From positions 29,939 to 93,938 of the forward strand of contig CAZELK010000004.1 of the NCBI GenBank assembly GCA_964513145.1: DNA of 64,000 nucleotides, read 5' to 3'. Position 1 is the first letter of the stretch, and each line of letters begins with the position of its first letter. Of the stretch, positions 28,418 through 38,180 are shown one piece after another. The position numbers and the translations under genes are program-made. The notes under the pieces were generated by a model. The model was not told the DNA's origin and did no database searches. It was given only the letters and a program-made list of their open reading frames with translations. Origin of the DNA: Candidatus Woesearchaeota archaeon. Its GTDB lineage: Archaea > Nanobdellota > Nanobdellia > SCGC-AAA011-G17 > JACPIM01.

Positions 28418-30742
28418 ATGATTAAAAAAATAGGCGTTAAAACAAAAAAATTAATTGAAAGGGACACTAAAGTAATAAGCCCATCTTTGACAAGAGAATA
28501 TGAATTTGCTTTTCAAAAAGGAAAGGGTGTTTTTGTTTATGATGTTGACAATAAAAAATATCTTGATTTTGCTGCAGGGGTTGCTGTAAACAGCCTGGGT
28601 TATGGAAATAAAGAAGTAATTAATGCAATTAAAAAACAATTAAATTATGGAGTTCATATTGGGTTTAGTGATTTTTATTGCGAGAAACCAGTTGAATTTG
28701 TCGAGCTTCTTTTAAAATTTTTACCAAATAATTTACAAAAAGCTTTTTTATCAAATTCAGGAACTGAAAGCATTGAATGCGCAATGAAGCTAGCTAAATG
28801 GCATACAAGAAGAAAGTGGTGCATTAGTTTTAATAATTCTTTTCATGGAAGATGTTACGATGAACAGACAGAAGTTTTAACAGAAAGTGGCTGGAAATTT
28901 TTTAAAAATTTAATTAAAGAAGATAAAGTGCTAACTTTAAATTTAAACAACAATAGTATTGAATATCAAAATCTTGTTGGCATATATTCTTATGACTATG
29001 ATGATGAATTGATTCATTTCAAAAGCTCATCTATTGATTTATTGGTTACTCCAAATCATAATATGTTAGTGGAATTCAAAGGAAATATTTCTCTAATTGA
29101 AGCAAATAAAGTTCGCACTCATATGAAGATACCAAGATCAGGAAATTGGATGGGAATTGAAAAACAAAAATTTATACTTCCAGCTATTCAAATAGAGAGA
29201 TCTTCTCGAAATGGAAATGTTACTTTTCAGGAAATTAGGGAAAGAGAAATACTGTTAAATTTATGGGTGAAATTTTTTGGGATTTGGCTTGCTGAGGGGT
29301 GGACTTCTTCTATAACAAAAGAATGCTATAATACTGGGATAGCTCAAAAAGATTCAATAATTTGCAATAAAATTGAAAATTTATTAAACGAAATGGATTT
29401 TAAATATAGTAAAAGAGAGAAAAAAAGAAATTGTTATGAATATATAATACAAGAAGGCAAACAATTATGGTCTTATTTAAATCAATTTGGCGGTTCTCAT
29501 ACAAAGTTTATTCCTGAAGAAATAAAAAATCTACCCCCCGATTACTTAAAATTATTATTAGAATGGATGTGTTATGGAGATGGTACAATAGATAAATCAA
29601 ATAGAAACATATATTTTACTTGTTCAAAAAAATTGGCTGACGATGTGCAAGAAATATTTTTAAAAATTGGTTCAAATGCTAGAATTTATAGTAGAAAAAG
29701 AAAAACTACTTTTTCAAAATCGGAATGTATATTTTATGAAGTAAGAGAAAGAAAAAGAAGTCATCATCTATTGTGGACTAAAAAAGGAGCAATAAAAAAA
29801 GAAAATTATTGTGGAAAAGTTTATTGCTGCGAAGTTCCGAACCATGTTATTTACGTAAGAAGAAATGGCTACCCAGCTTGGTGTGGTAATTCTTACGGGA
29901 GTTTATCTTTAACAGATTCTAAAAAAGTTCATAAAGAAAGATTTGAACCTTTTTTGCCTGTAAAACATGTTCCTTATGCAGACACTTATAGATTTAATGG
30001 AAATAAAGATGAATGTGCAAATCATTGCCTGAATGAACTTGAAAAAACAATTAATGGATTACAAAATGATGTTGCAGCTATTTTTCTGGAACCTATCCAG
30101 GGGGAGGGCGGATATATTGTGCCGCCAGTTGAATTTGTAAAAGGTGTAAGAGAAATTTGTGATAAATATAACATTTTATTGGTTGCTGATGAAGTTCAAT
30201 CAGGCTGCTACAGAACTGGAAAATTTCTAGCTATTGAGAACTTTAAAATTAAACCAGACATAGTTTGTTTAAGCAAGGCTGTTGGTGGTGGACTGCCTTT
30301 GGGTGTTACTTTAGCTTCCAATGAAATTATGGATTGGGTTCAAGGGAGTCACGCAAACACACTTGGCGGAAATTTATTAAGCTGCAGTGCAGGAATTGCA
30401 ACTTTAAATTATTATAAAAGACATAAGATATGGAATAATGTCTTGAATGTTGGGGAATTTATTTTAAAAAAATTAGAGAAATTAAAAAAAGAACATGAAG
30501 TTATTGGTGATGTTCGTGGCATTGGTTTAATGATAGGGGCTGAATTTGTTGACAATAAAAAAAATAAATGGTATAATGTCGACTTCAGGGATAAACTATT
30601 GTACAAATGCAAAGACAATGGACTAATATTAATTGGTTCTGGAAAAAGTGTAATTAGACTTTGTCCGCCTTTAATTTTGAATAAGAAAGAAGCTAACTTG
30701 GGTTTAAATATATTTGAAAATTCTATTAAAAAAATTAATTAA
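28418..30742 (+). CDS. class III PLP aminotransferase (ornithine/4-aminobutyrate type) precursor containing an intein
   Basis: YLDFAAG, NSGTES, FHGR|S, EPIQGEGG, DEVQSG, SKAVGGG; about 430 aa after splicing. Confidence 0.92.
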   Translation: MIKKIGVKTKKLIERDTKVISPSLTREYEFAFQKGKGVFVYDVDNKKYLDFAAGVAVNSLGYGNKEVINAIKKQLNYGVHIGFSDFYCEKPVEFVELLLKFLPNNLQKAFLSNSGTESIECAMKLAKWHTRRKWCISFNNSFHGRCYDEQTEVLTESGWKFFKNLIKEDKVLTLNLNNNSIEYQNLVGIYSYDYDDELIHFKSSSIDLLVTPNHNMLVEFKGNISLIEANKVRTHMKIPRSGNWMGIEKQKFILPAIQIERSSRNGNVTFQEIREREILLNLWVKFFGIWLAEGWTSSITKECYNTGIAQKDSIICNKIENLLNEMDFKYSKREKKRNCYEYIIQEGKQLWSYLNQFGGSHTKFIPEEIKNLPPDYLKLLLEWMCYGDGTIDKSNRNIYFTCSKKLADDVQEIFLKIGSNARIYSRKRKTTFSKSECIFYEVRERKRSHHLLWTKKGAIKKENYCGKVYCCEVPNHVIYVRRNGYPAWCGNSYGSLSLTDSKKVHKERFEPFLPVKHVPYADTYRFNGNKDECANHCLNELEKTINGLQNDVAAIFLEPIQGEGGYIVPPVEFVKGVREICDKYNILLVADEVQSGCYRTGKFLAIENFKIKPDIVCLSKAVGGGLPLGVTLASNEIMDWVQGSHANTLGGNLLSCSAGIATLNYYKRHKIWNNVLNVGEFILKKLEKLKKEHEVIGDVRGIGLMIGAEFVDNKKNKWYNVDFRDKLLYKCKDNGLILIGSGKSVIRLCPPLILNKKEANLGLNIFENSIKKIN
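28853..29890 (+). mobile_element. 346-aa intein with LAGLIDADG homing endonuclease
   Basis: CYDEQTEVLT (block A), VTPNH (block B), GIWLAEG and MCYGDG motifs, ends CEVPNHVIYVRRNG..AWCGN then Ser+1. Confidence 0.93.
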
Positions 30743-31568
30743 TATTTTGATAACTAAAACCTTTTTTGAAATCTTTTAACCAAGATCCTTCCAGAAATCT
30801 GAATTGTTTTTTGTTCTTTTCAACAGTTAAAATTCCCATGCATTTGTCATTTAATTTGTGGCTTTTTCTAAATCCTACCTGGTCTAATGAATAAGATTCA
30901 GTATCATTTACTAGGTCTAGTTTACTGCCAACATGCATATGACCACAAAAATGATATTCTGGCTTTAATATTTTTAGAACTTCTCTTATTTCTTCTGAGT
31001 CTGGTTCATGTGTTAAAAAAATATCTATATTTCCCAAATTATTTATTCTTCTTAAGTCTGAATGTGAAAAATTATAATCTTTTACACCCCCGGATATCCT
31101 GCCAAGACCTGAAACTCTTAATTTTAAATCTCCTTTTTTTATTTCATAAACTTCTCCGGGCGGAAGATATAATATTTTTCCAAAAAAATCTACTGGTATT
31201 GGCACTTTTCTTGCAGAACTTTCTAATATTCTTAAACTTTCCTGATCTTCGTGATTTCCTGCAATAAAAACAAGATCAGCATCAATTTTTGTTTCTTTAT
31301 TATCAAAATGTCTTTTACTTATATCAGTTTCATTTAAAAAATCCTGAAATCCCAATTCAACAGGGTCTTTTTTAGCAAATTTAGCTGTTGCTTCATCTAA
31401 TTTTGAAAGATCAGGGAAATAACCCAAGTCTCCAACCTGAAGTATTGAATCTAGTTTTGCATTAGTTACTTTTTCGTATTTTTTTAATACAGACAAGGCT
31501 AAGTCTAAATGACCATGTAAATCGCCCAAAACTGCTATATTTAATTTGTCTTCAATCATACAAAACAT
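30735..31568 (-). CDS. calcineurin-like metallophosphoesterase
   Basis: GDLHG, GDLG, GNHE, THEP, GHMH. Confidence 0.9.
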   Translation of the reverse strand: MFCMIEDKLNIAVLGDLHGHLDLALSVLKKYEKVTNAKLDSILQVGDLGYFPDLSKLDEATAKFAKKDPVELGFQDFLNETDISKRHFDNKETKIDADLVFIAGNHEDQESLRILESSARKVPIPVDFFGKILYLPPGEVYEIKKGDLKLRVSGLGRISGGVKDYNFSHSDLRRINNLGNIDIFLTHEPDSEEIREVLKILKPEYHFCGHMHVGSKLDLVNDTESYSLDQVGFRKSHKLNDKCMGILTVEKNKKQFRFLEGSWLKDFKKGFSYQNIN

Positions 31569-31614
31569 ACAAGAAAATTCATTTATAAATATTATGGTTT
31601 AGTAGTAACAAATT

Positions 31615-32352
31615 TTAAAATGTGGTTATATCGATTATTTTAACCAGGTGCTCTTTATGAATTTCTATTAAATCCAAAAGACTATGTTCAAAAAATGTGA
31701 AATTTACTTTTCTTTGGAGACTGGCAATCATCAACTTGCCAAGATCTTCTATTAATGGCTTAAAAGGACCAGAGTATATTATTGCTGTTTTTTCTTCTTC
31801 ACCAATTGGCAAGGTTCTTCTAAATCCCAGATGTTTTTCTACTAATCTTTTATCAATGAATATTGAATTAAATAAATTAGAACTTATGAATATATCCAAA
31901 TCAACATCACTGACTCTGTTATAATCACTAGGCTGACCAAAATATGGGCTGTTTTTATTTTGAGAAAAACCAGAAACTAAGCTTCCGCCCAAATAAAAAG
32001 AAATTTTTTCTCCTTGAGGGAATTCTTTAGCAAACGGAGATTTAAAAAAAGAACTTATTTTTCTTTGAATATTATACATATCTTTTTCTGTTGCTCTTGG
32101 ACCTGGTTCTTTAAATTCCTGTTCTTTTTCACTTTTATTTTTTATTTCTTTTAATAAGTCTTTGTAAATTCTCTTGCTAATTCGCCCTTTTTGCTGTTCA
32201 ACTTTGCCTAATATAATGACTGCTTCTTCTTTAGAAAACTTTTTTGCTGAATTGACTGTTACAATTAAGTCATTAATATCTTCCCTAGAAAGTATATCAC
32301 TTTCTATTTCCCTATATAACTCTTCAATGCCACCTTTTTTTGATTTTGACAT
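31615..32352 (-). CDS. nucleotidyltransferase-fold protein with N-terminal extension
   Basis: YLGGSLVSG...SDVDLDIFI. Confidence 0.55.
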   Translation of the reverse strand: MSKSKKGGIEELYREIESDILSREDINDLIVTVNSAKKFSKEEAVIILGKVEQQKGRISKRIYKDLLKEIKNKSEKEQEFKEPGPRATEKDMYNIQRKISSFFKSPFAKEFPQGEKISFYLGGSLVSGFSQNKNSPYFGQPSDYNRVSDVDLDIFISSNLFNSIFIDKRLVEKHLGFRRTLPIGEEEKTAIIYSGPFKPLIEDLGKLMIASLQRKVNFTFFEHSLLDLIEIHKEHLVKIIDITTF

Positions 32353-32373
32353 ATTAAACTTAATATTTTCTTA

Positions 32374-32580
32374 TTAATTAACTTTTTCTTCGATAATTTC
32401 TGAAATCGATTTTCCTGTTTTTTCTTTTAATTCTTTTAATTTATTTATAGTTCTAACTGACAAAGTTATATCTATCCTTTTTCTTTGAAATGGCAGTTCT
32501 CTTGTTTTATCATAATTTTCAAGGGCTTCAAATACATCCTTATACTTTTTTAATATTTTTTTTATTTCACTGGATTGCAT
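32374..32580 (-). CDS. small RHH-like DNA-binding protein
   Basis: RIDITLSVRTINKLKELKEKTGKSISEIIE. Confidence 0.7.
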   Translation of the reverse strand: MQSSEIKKILKKYKDVFEALENYDKTRELPFQRKRIDITLSVRTINKLKELKEKTGKSISEIIEEKVN

Positions 32581-32676
32581 TTTTCATTCTCCTTTCTATA
32601 TTACGAATATTGGTTATATTTTGTTTTGAAATTGATGTTATATGATGCGTTAGAAGATCATTATTTACTTGTTTTT

Positions 32677-32760
32677 TGTTTTGTTCATATGACATTTTTT
32701 CTAATTCTATTATATAACCATAACCTTTGGTGTCATCAAATACTATTTTATATGTAATTA
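32677..32760 (-). pseudogene. possible fragment of a CYTH-domain gene
   Basis: IVFDDTKGYGYIIELEKMS resembles a CYTH C-terminal strand; no start or N-terminal part found. Confidence 0.3.
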
Positions 32761-32797
32761 TAAAAGGTTTTATATTGATAAATATAATCCTTTAATC

Positions 32798-33112
32798 ATG
32801 AAAGTCTTGTTTATCTGCAATCAAAATCAAAATAGAAGCAAAACTGCTGAGATTTTATTTAAAGACAAGTTTGAAACTAAATCTGCTGGATTATATAACA
32901 ATATTGTCACTGAAAAAGAAATTGAATGGGCCGATATTGTTTTTGTTATGGATGATGAACAAAGAAAAGAAATATCCAAGAGATTTCCAAAACAATATTT
33001 AAGAAAGAGAGTTTTATCTTTGGATATATCTGATATTTATTATTTTAATCAACCTGAACTAATTGAACTATTAAACAAGAAAATTAATGGACTTATTTTA
33101 GCCATTTCCTAA
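32798..33112 (+). CDS. low-molecular-weight phosphatase-like protein
   Basis: FICNQNQNRS P-loop, SAG, WADIVFVM. Confidence 0.85.
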   Translation: MKVLFICNQNQNRSKTAEILFKDKFETKSAGLYNNIVTEKEIEWADIVFVMDDEQRKEISKRFPKQYLRKRVLSLDISDIYYFNQPELIELLNKKINGLILAIS

Positions 33113-33272
33113 ATTGCTTTTTAGCTTTTTTCTTGTTAAAGAATATTTTTGTTTCTGCTATTCCCAATTCAGGCAGCCTTCTTGTAACTTTATATTTTGT
33201 TTTTGAATTTTTAATTTCTATAGATGATATTATCCATTGTTTTGCCGGATGTCTTTTAATAATTTTAATCAT
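33093..33272 (-). CDS. small basic protein (59 aa), below cutoff
   Basis: MIKIIKRHPAKQWIISSIEIKNSKTKYKVTRRLPELGIAETKIFFNKKKAKKQFRKWLK. Confidence 0.55.
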   Translation of the reverse strand: MIKIIKRHPAKQWIISSIEIKNSKTKYKVTRRLPELGIAETKIFFNKKKAKKQFRKWLK

Positions 33273-33409
33273 GAAGAAAATAATTTAAAATTCTTAATAA
33301 TAACCAGGTTAAATTTTCTGAAGATATTTCAATTAAGCATGTAAAAATTACGATAAATACATTTTTATATCAAAAGGCTTTTGTATTTTATTGAAAAAAA
33401 TGGTGAAAA

Positions 33410-34432
33410 ATGAGCAAAGAATTACTCTATGAGCTTATTGGCACATTGGGGCCCAGTGGCAATGAGGGCAATGTAAGAAAAATTATTTCTAGAGAAATCA
33501 AAGATTATGTTGATGAAATGAAGGTTGACAAGATGGGCAACTTGGTTGCTAGAAAAAAAGGTTCTGGCAAAAAAGTAATGCTGACTGCACACATGGATGA
33601 AATTGGCTTGATGGTAAGCAAGATTGAAAATAACGGGCATTTAAAAATTTCAGTTCTGGGCGGAATTGAGACTATTACATTGGTAGGGCATACTGTGAGC
33701 ATCTTAAGAAAAGACAACAAAGTTGCTTGCAATGGAGTCATAACTTTTTTTGAATTGCATGAATCTTTAGAAATAGACAAAATACCAAAATTAGAAGATG
33801 TTTATATTGATACTGGGCTGAACAAAAAAGAATTAGTTAAAAAAGGCGTTGAAGTTGGAAGTTATATTGTTACAAAACATAGGGCTTCTTTTTTAGGCAA
33901 TGATGACATAATTTCCGGAAAAGCATTAGACAACAGGGTTGGATGCTATGTTTTAATACAGTTAATAAAGAGAATAAAAAAAATAAATGTTGATTGTTAC
34001 TTTGTTTTTACTGTACAGGAGGAAGTTGGATTATACGGGGCAAAGACTTCAGTCTATAATATAAACCCTGATTTTGGAATTGCAATTGATGCAACAAATT
34101 CAGAGGATGCTGAAGCTACATCTGAACTTATAATGGGCAATGGGCCAACTATCACTGTAAAAGATTCTGAAATAATTGCAAGCAGGGAATTAAATGAACA
34201 TTTAAGAAAACTGGCAAAAAAATATAAAATCCCCTTACAATTAGAAGTTGTAGATGTGGGAACTACTGATGCAACAAGCATTATGTTTTCAAAAGGCGGT
34301 GTGCCAAGCACTGTTCTCAGCATACCTGTAAGAAATTTACATTCCACAATTGGCATAACTAATTTCAATGATCTTATGAATGCAATTGCGCTTTTAGAGA
34401 AATTATTAAAGGAACCGCCAAAATTAGTTTGA
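33410..34432 (+). CDS. M42 family aminopeptidase (TET-like)
   Basis: AHMDEIG, KALDNRVG, VQEEVGL, GTTDA, LHS; GGTGA SD. Confidence 0.95.
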   Translation: MSKELLYELIGTLGPSGNEGNVRKIISREIKDYVDEMKVDKMGNLVARKKGSGKKVMLTAHMDEIGLMVSKIENNGHLKISVLGGIETITLVGHTVSILRKDNKVACNGVITFFELHESLEIDKIPKLEDVYIDTGLNKKELVKKGVEVGSYIVTKHRASFLGNDDIISGKALDNRVGCYVLIQLIKRIKKINVDCYFVFTVQEEVGLYGAKTSVYNINPDFGIAIDATNSEDAEATSELIMGNGPTITVKDSEIIASRELNEHLRKLAKKYKIPLQLEVVDVGTTDATSIMFSKGGVPSTVLSIPVRNLHSTIGITNFNDLMNAIALLEKLLKEPPKLV

Positions 34433-34702
34433 AAATCTTTTAATATGCTTTTTTGCTATTTTATTTGTCCATTTTCCTGATGTAAATCTTTTTCTTTCAA
34501 AGTTTATTTCGTCTTTTGTTTCCCCCAAGTAAACTAAATCACCCTGATAATGAACAAAATTATAGAAGTTATCATTTTTTCTTACCTGACTTATTACTAT
34601 GGAATTGCTTAAATAATAGTTATTTGGTTTTCCAGAAACATATTCTTTAGAATGTCTTGCAGAAATAACTTCATGAATTACTTTATCTAAGGTTAAACTC
34701 AT
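34424..34702 (-). CDS. hypothetical protein
   Basis: 92-aa ORF. Confidence 0.5.
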   Translation of the reverse strand: MSLTLDKVIHEVISARHSKEYVSGKPNNYYLSNSIVISQVRKNDNFYNFVHYQGDLVYLGETKDEINFERKRFTSGKWTNKIAKKHIKRFSN

Positions 34703-34752
34703 TATATTTTTTAAGGGAAACTTATTTAAATATCTTTTCTATTTTTTTAAAA

Positions 34753-35286
34753 ATGAGAGTCAATGTAGGATCTAAAAATGATGTTAAAGTAAATGCTGTA
34801 AAAGAAATCTTATTAAATTATAATTTATTTTTAAATTCTGAAGTTATTGGTGTTGAGGTTTCTTCAAATATATCTGAACAACCAAAATCACTAAAAGAAA
34901 CTATACAAGGGGCAATGAACAGGGCAAAAAATTCTTTTCAAAATTGCGAGTATAGTTTTGGAATTGAGGTTGGGTTAATGGAAGTGCCGAATACAAAAAC
35001 AGGATATATGGGTGTCTGCTGCTGCGTTATATTTGACGGGAAAAATTATCATACTGGCTTGTCTTCTGCTTTTGAATATCCGAAAGAGGTTGTAAAACTT
35101 ATTTTTAATAATGGGTTAGATGCAGCACAGGCTTTTCACAAAACCGGGTTGACAAAAAATACCAGGCTCGGGGCTTATGAAGGTGCAATAGGATTATTGA
35201 CAAATGGAAGATTAATAAGAAAAGAATTTACAAAACAAGCTATTACAAATGCTTTAATACATTTAGAAAATCCAGAATTATTTTAG
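34753..35286 (+). CDS. yjjX: non-canonical purine NTP phosphatase (YjjX/DUF84)
   Basis: VGSKNDVKVNAV, QP, GAMNRA, GIEVG, GAIGLLT. Confidence 0.9.
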   Translation: MRVNVGSKNDVKVNAVKEILLNYNLFLNSEVIGVEVSSNISEQPKSLKETIQGAMNRAKNSFQNCEYSFGIEVGLMEVPNTKTGYMGVCCCVIFDGKNYHTGLSSAFEYPKEVVKLIFNNGLDAAQAFHKTGLTKNTRLGAYEGAIGLLTNGRLIRKEFTKQAITNALIHLENPELF

Positions 35287-35317
35287 GAAAGTGAAAAATA
35301 GAACACTTTTTATTTTT

Positions 35318-35801
35318 TTATTCTCCCAATAATCTGATAGTCTCTCTTTGAACATTTAATATTAATTCTTTTATTTTCTTTAACTGCTGTAAGTCTATAC
35401 TTGTTTCAACACCATAAGTAGAAATTTCTCTGCATTCTCTTATAGTTGGATTTGTAATATCTTTTTCAACATCAAGTGTATCAAACTGGATAACCAAGTC
35501 TTTATCCAAGTCCAATTTCTTTTCATTTATCAGAATTAGAAGAACAGTTATAGTAAAGGCCTGATTTCGTGATTCATAACCATATTTGACAAATAACTGC
35601 CAGAAAGCAATGATAAATAGCATAAAAGCCCACATTAAACGCCCAGCCATAAATTTTTAATTTTTCAAGAGCCTGCACTACCACATAATTATATTCAGAT
35701 TTCTTAATGTGCTTTTGTGCCAAATCCAAATCAGGCTTTGTTTTTATCAGTCTTTTTGGATCTTTCAGACACCATTTCAAATGCTCATCTATTTGCGACA
35801 T
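35318..35801 (-). pseudogene. HEPN-domain gene split by a frameshift near 35590
   Basis: N-part ...GFYAIYHCFLAV and C-part KYGYESRNQ...RECREISTYG lie in different frames. Confidence 0.75.
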
Positions 35802-36418
35802 TTTTTAACAACCCCAACATATTTTTCAGGATTATGGAATACAAGGCTTTCAGACAGCATATTATAAAAAATTTTGTCTCCTTTATTTAACAAAATATCC
35901 TTTTCAGCTAAATCCACATATCTTATAGGTTTTTCAACTAACTCGGATTTTCTTATTTCATCCTTTATTTTTTTTATATTTTTGACTTTTTCAAAATTAT
36001 ACATAAGCAAAACATCTATGTCATTGAAGTCCTTTGATTTTATAGATGAGCCAAAAACCAACCCCATTTCAATGCAGTCTTTAAATTTTTTCATAACGTG
36101 AAACAAAACACTTAACCATTTAGGAAACTCTTTATATTCTAAACTCAGCAAGTATTCAATGAACTTGATGGCTAATTTGTTGTTGTATTTATAGGAAAAA
36201 ATAACAGAATTGCCAATTTCCTCTTTAGTCAATAGTTGTTTGTCTACCAAAACCTTGCATAACTTATTAGCATGAGCATGATTAATATTTAATATTCTGG
36301 CCAATTGCCTGGCGTTATACCTATCATTGTAATGCTTAAACAGATATTTAGCTATTTGAATTTCAATCTTTGTAAATTGTATGTTATTAATAACCATATG
36401 TATTCTATAAACATACAT
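35789..36418 (-). CDS. HTH plus minimal nucleotidyltransferase (MNT antitoxin)
   Basis: N-terminal HTH; VFGSS...DIDVLL; directly upstream of HEPN. Confidence 0.85.
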   Translation of the reverse strand: MYVYRIHMVINNIQFTKIEIQIAKYLFKHYNDRYNARQLARILNINHAHANKLCKVLVDKQLLTKEEIGNSVIFSYKYNNKLAIKFIEYLLSLEYKEFPKWLSVLFHVMKKFKDCIEMGLVFGSSIKSKDFNDIDVLLMYNFEKVKNIKKIKDEIRKSELVEKPIRYVDLAEKDILLNKGDKIFYNMLSESLVFHNPEKYVGVVKKCRK

Positions 36419-36548
36419 AATATTTAAACCTTACGGTTTTAAGGACGCTATGCAATACTCATAGGTATGTTACATTTTTTACAAATACACTAAGCAATGT
36501 AAACTTGCGCAAAGAAATACTTAAATAATCTAAAAACAATATGAAATT

Positions 36549-36965
36549 ATGATTCCTGCAACTGATGTAAACTATTTAGCTGTTTTAATAGCTACAATAG
36601 CTTCTATGGTTGTTGGAATGTTATGGTATTCTCCTTTGTTATTTGGCAATATATGGATGAATTTAATGAAAATTAACCCAAAAGACATGGGAAAAGATAA
36701 AGGAATAGGCAAGAATTATTTTGCTGCTTTTATAAGTACTTTAATTATGAGTTTTATACTTGCTAATTTTATTGATTATGCCGGAGCTATAACAGTTTTG
36801 GATGCCTTAGTCATTGGATTTATGATATGGATAGGGTTTATTGCAACTGTATTATTGGGCGGAATTTTATGGGAAGGAAAGCCTGTAAAATTATTTTTAA
36901 TTAATATGGCGCATTATTTAGCAGCTATATTGGTTATGAGCATTATACTAACTCTCTGGATTTAA
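36549..36965 (+). CDS. DUF1761 family membrane protein
   Basis: G.LWYSPLLFG.IWM; four TM helices; LINM.HYL. Confidence 0.88.
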   Translation: MIPATDVNYLAVLIATIASMVVGMLWYSPLLFGNIWMNLMKINPKDMGKDKGIGKNYFAAFISTLIMSFILANFIDYAGAITVLDALVIGFMIWIGFIATVLLGGILWEGKPVKLFLINMAHYLAAILVMSIILTLWI

Positions 36966-37001
36966 TTTTAGAAACTTTTAAAAATTAATTTTTATATTAA
37001 A

Positions 37002-38180
37002 ATGGAATTCATAGAACCAATATCTGGACAGTTGATAAGATTAAACATGCATAGCGAACCAATTAAAAATTTATTTGAAAATGGAACCATTTCTTTAGCT
37101 TTGCTTCCTGAAAAAAACGATTTTTTATTTACACGTGAAGGGAAGTCAGCCAGAGATGCACTTGTTAAAAAAAATAATCCTGCAGAAATAAAAGAATATC
37201 ATGAAAGAAGCAAAGAAAACCTTAAATTTTTAGATTTGAATAAATTAAATTTAGTTGAAAGGGTTGTGTTAACTCCTATTGATCATGATTACCCTGGCAA
37301 AACGCCTTTGATGCACAATAGTGTATTTGAACATTACAAAGTAAAAGATTCTGTTAGCTTATTTGTAGTTGCAAACCCAATAGATATAAAAACAGTATAT
37401 GAATCATTTAAATCTGACCCAAAATATATTGGCGGTGGGGCTGGAAGCGGATTTAAAGAAATAGTTGTTTCTTATTTGGATGAACTAACAGAAACTGCGA
37501 GACATTTAGAATCTGTAAATCTGGTTGTGAAAAAAAACGGGAAATTAATCGGACATAACACAGACGGGGCAGGATTTAGAATCGGACTTGAGAAAGACCT
37601 AATAAAAATGAATGACAGCATTAAAGGAAAAAAAGTTGTAATTCTGGGATCCGGGGCTGTATTAGTACCAATTGCTTATGAATTAAAACATTTAGAACCA
37701 AAAGAAATTGTTATTTTAAACAGGACTGTTGAAAGGGCAGAAGAAGCATCATCAAAATTAAATAAAATTGTTGGATTAAATTATGCAAGATATGGTGGAG
37801 AAGAAAAAATTGGAGAGGAATTAAAAACAGCTTATCTTGTAATTAATGTTTCCCAAAAAGGAACTGGCTTGTTAAGAGATTATTCTGCATTTGGACCAGT
37901 TTCAACAGACAAAGACAAAAAGCCAATCAAAGAAAAATATTTAGAAGAGATGAAAATTGCCTTAGAAAATTTATCAAATTTACCAAAAGATGCTATTGTT
38001 GCAGATGTTTTATTAGAAGAACTTCCGAAAACATTGGAAATGGCAATTGCATCTGGACATAAAATACATCCTGGGAAAAACATGGTTCTTTATCAAGGCA
38101 TTCCGTGGTATGAAAAATTGGGATTTAAATTTCCTGAAAAAGAACTGGAAGAAATATTAAAAGGGGTTTTATTTAAATGA
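37002..38180 (+). CDS. shikimate dehydrogenase-like (AroE family), divergent, N-terminally extended
   Basis: SVN, GHNTDGAG, ILGSGA, LNRT..RA, MVLYQG. Confidence 0.75.
   Translation: MEFIEPISGQLIRLNMHSEPIKNLFENGTISLALLPEKNDFLFTREGKSARDALVKKNNPAEIKEYHERSKENLKFLDLNKLNLVERVVLTPIDHDYPGKTPLMHNSVFEHYKVKDSVSLFVVANPIDIKTVYESFKSDPKYIGGGAGSGFKEIVVSYLDELTETARHLESVNLVVKKNGKLIGHNTDGAGFRIGLEKDLIKMNDSIKGKKVVILGSGAVLVPIAYELKHLEPKEIVILNRTVERAEEASSKLNKIVGLNYARYGGEEKIGEELKTAYLVINVSQKGTGLLRDYSAFGPVSTDKDKKPIKEKYLEEMKIALENLSNLPKDAIVADVLLEELPKTLEMAIASGHKIHPGKNMVLYQGIPWYEKLGFKFPEKELEEILKGVLFK

Noticed and set aside
32575-32757. 60-aa plus-strand ORF
   Set aside because: Low-complexity composition; the opposite strand better resembles a gene remnant
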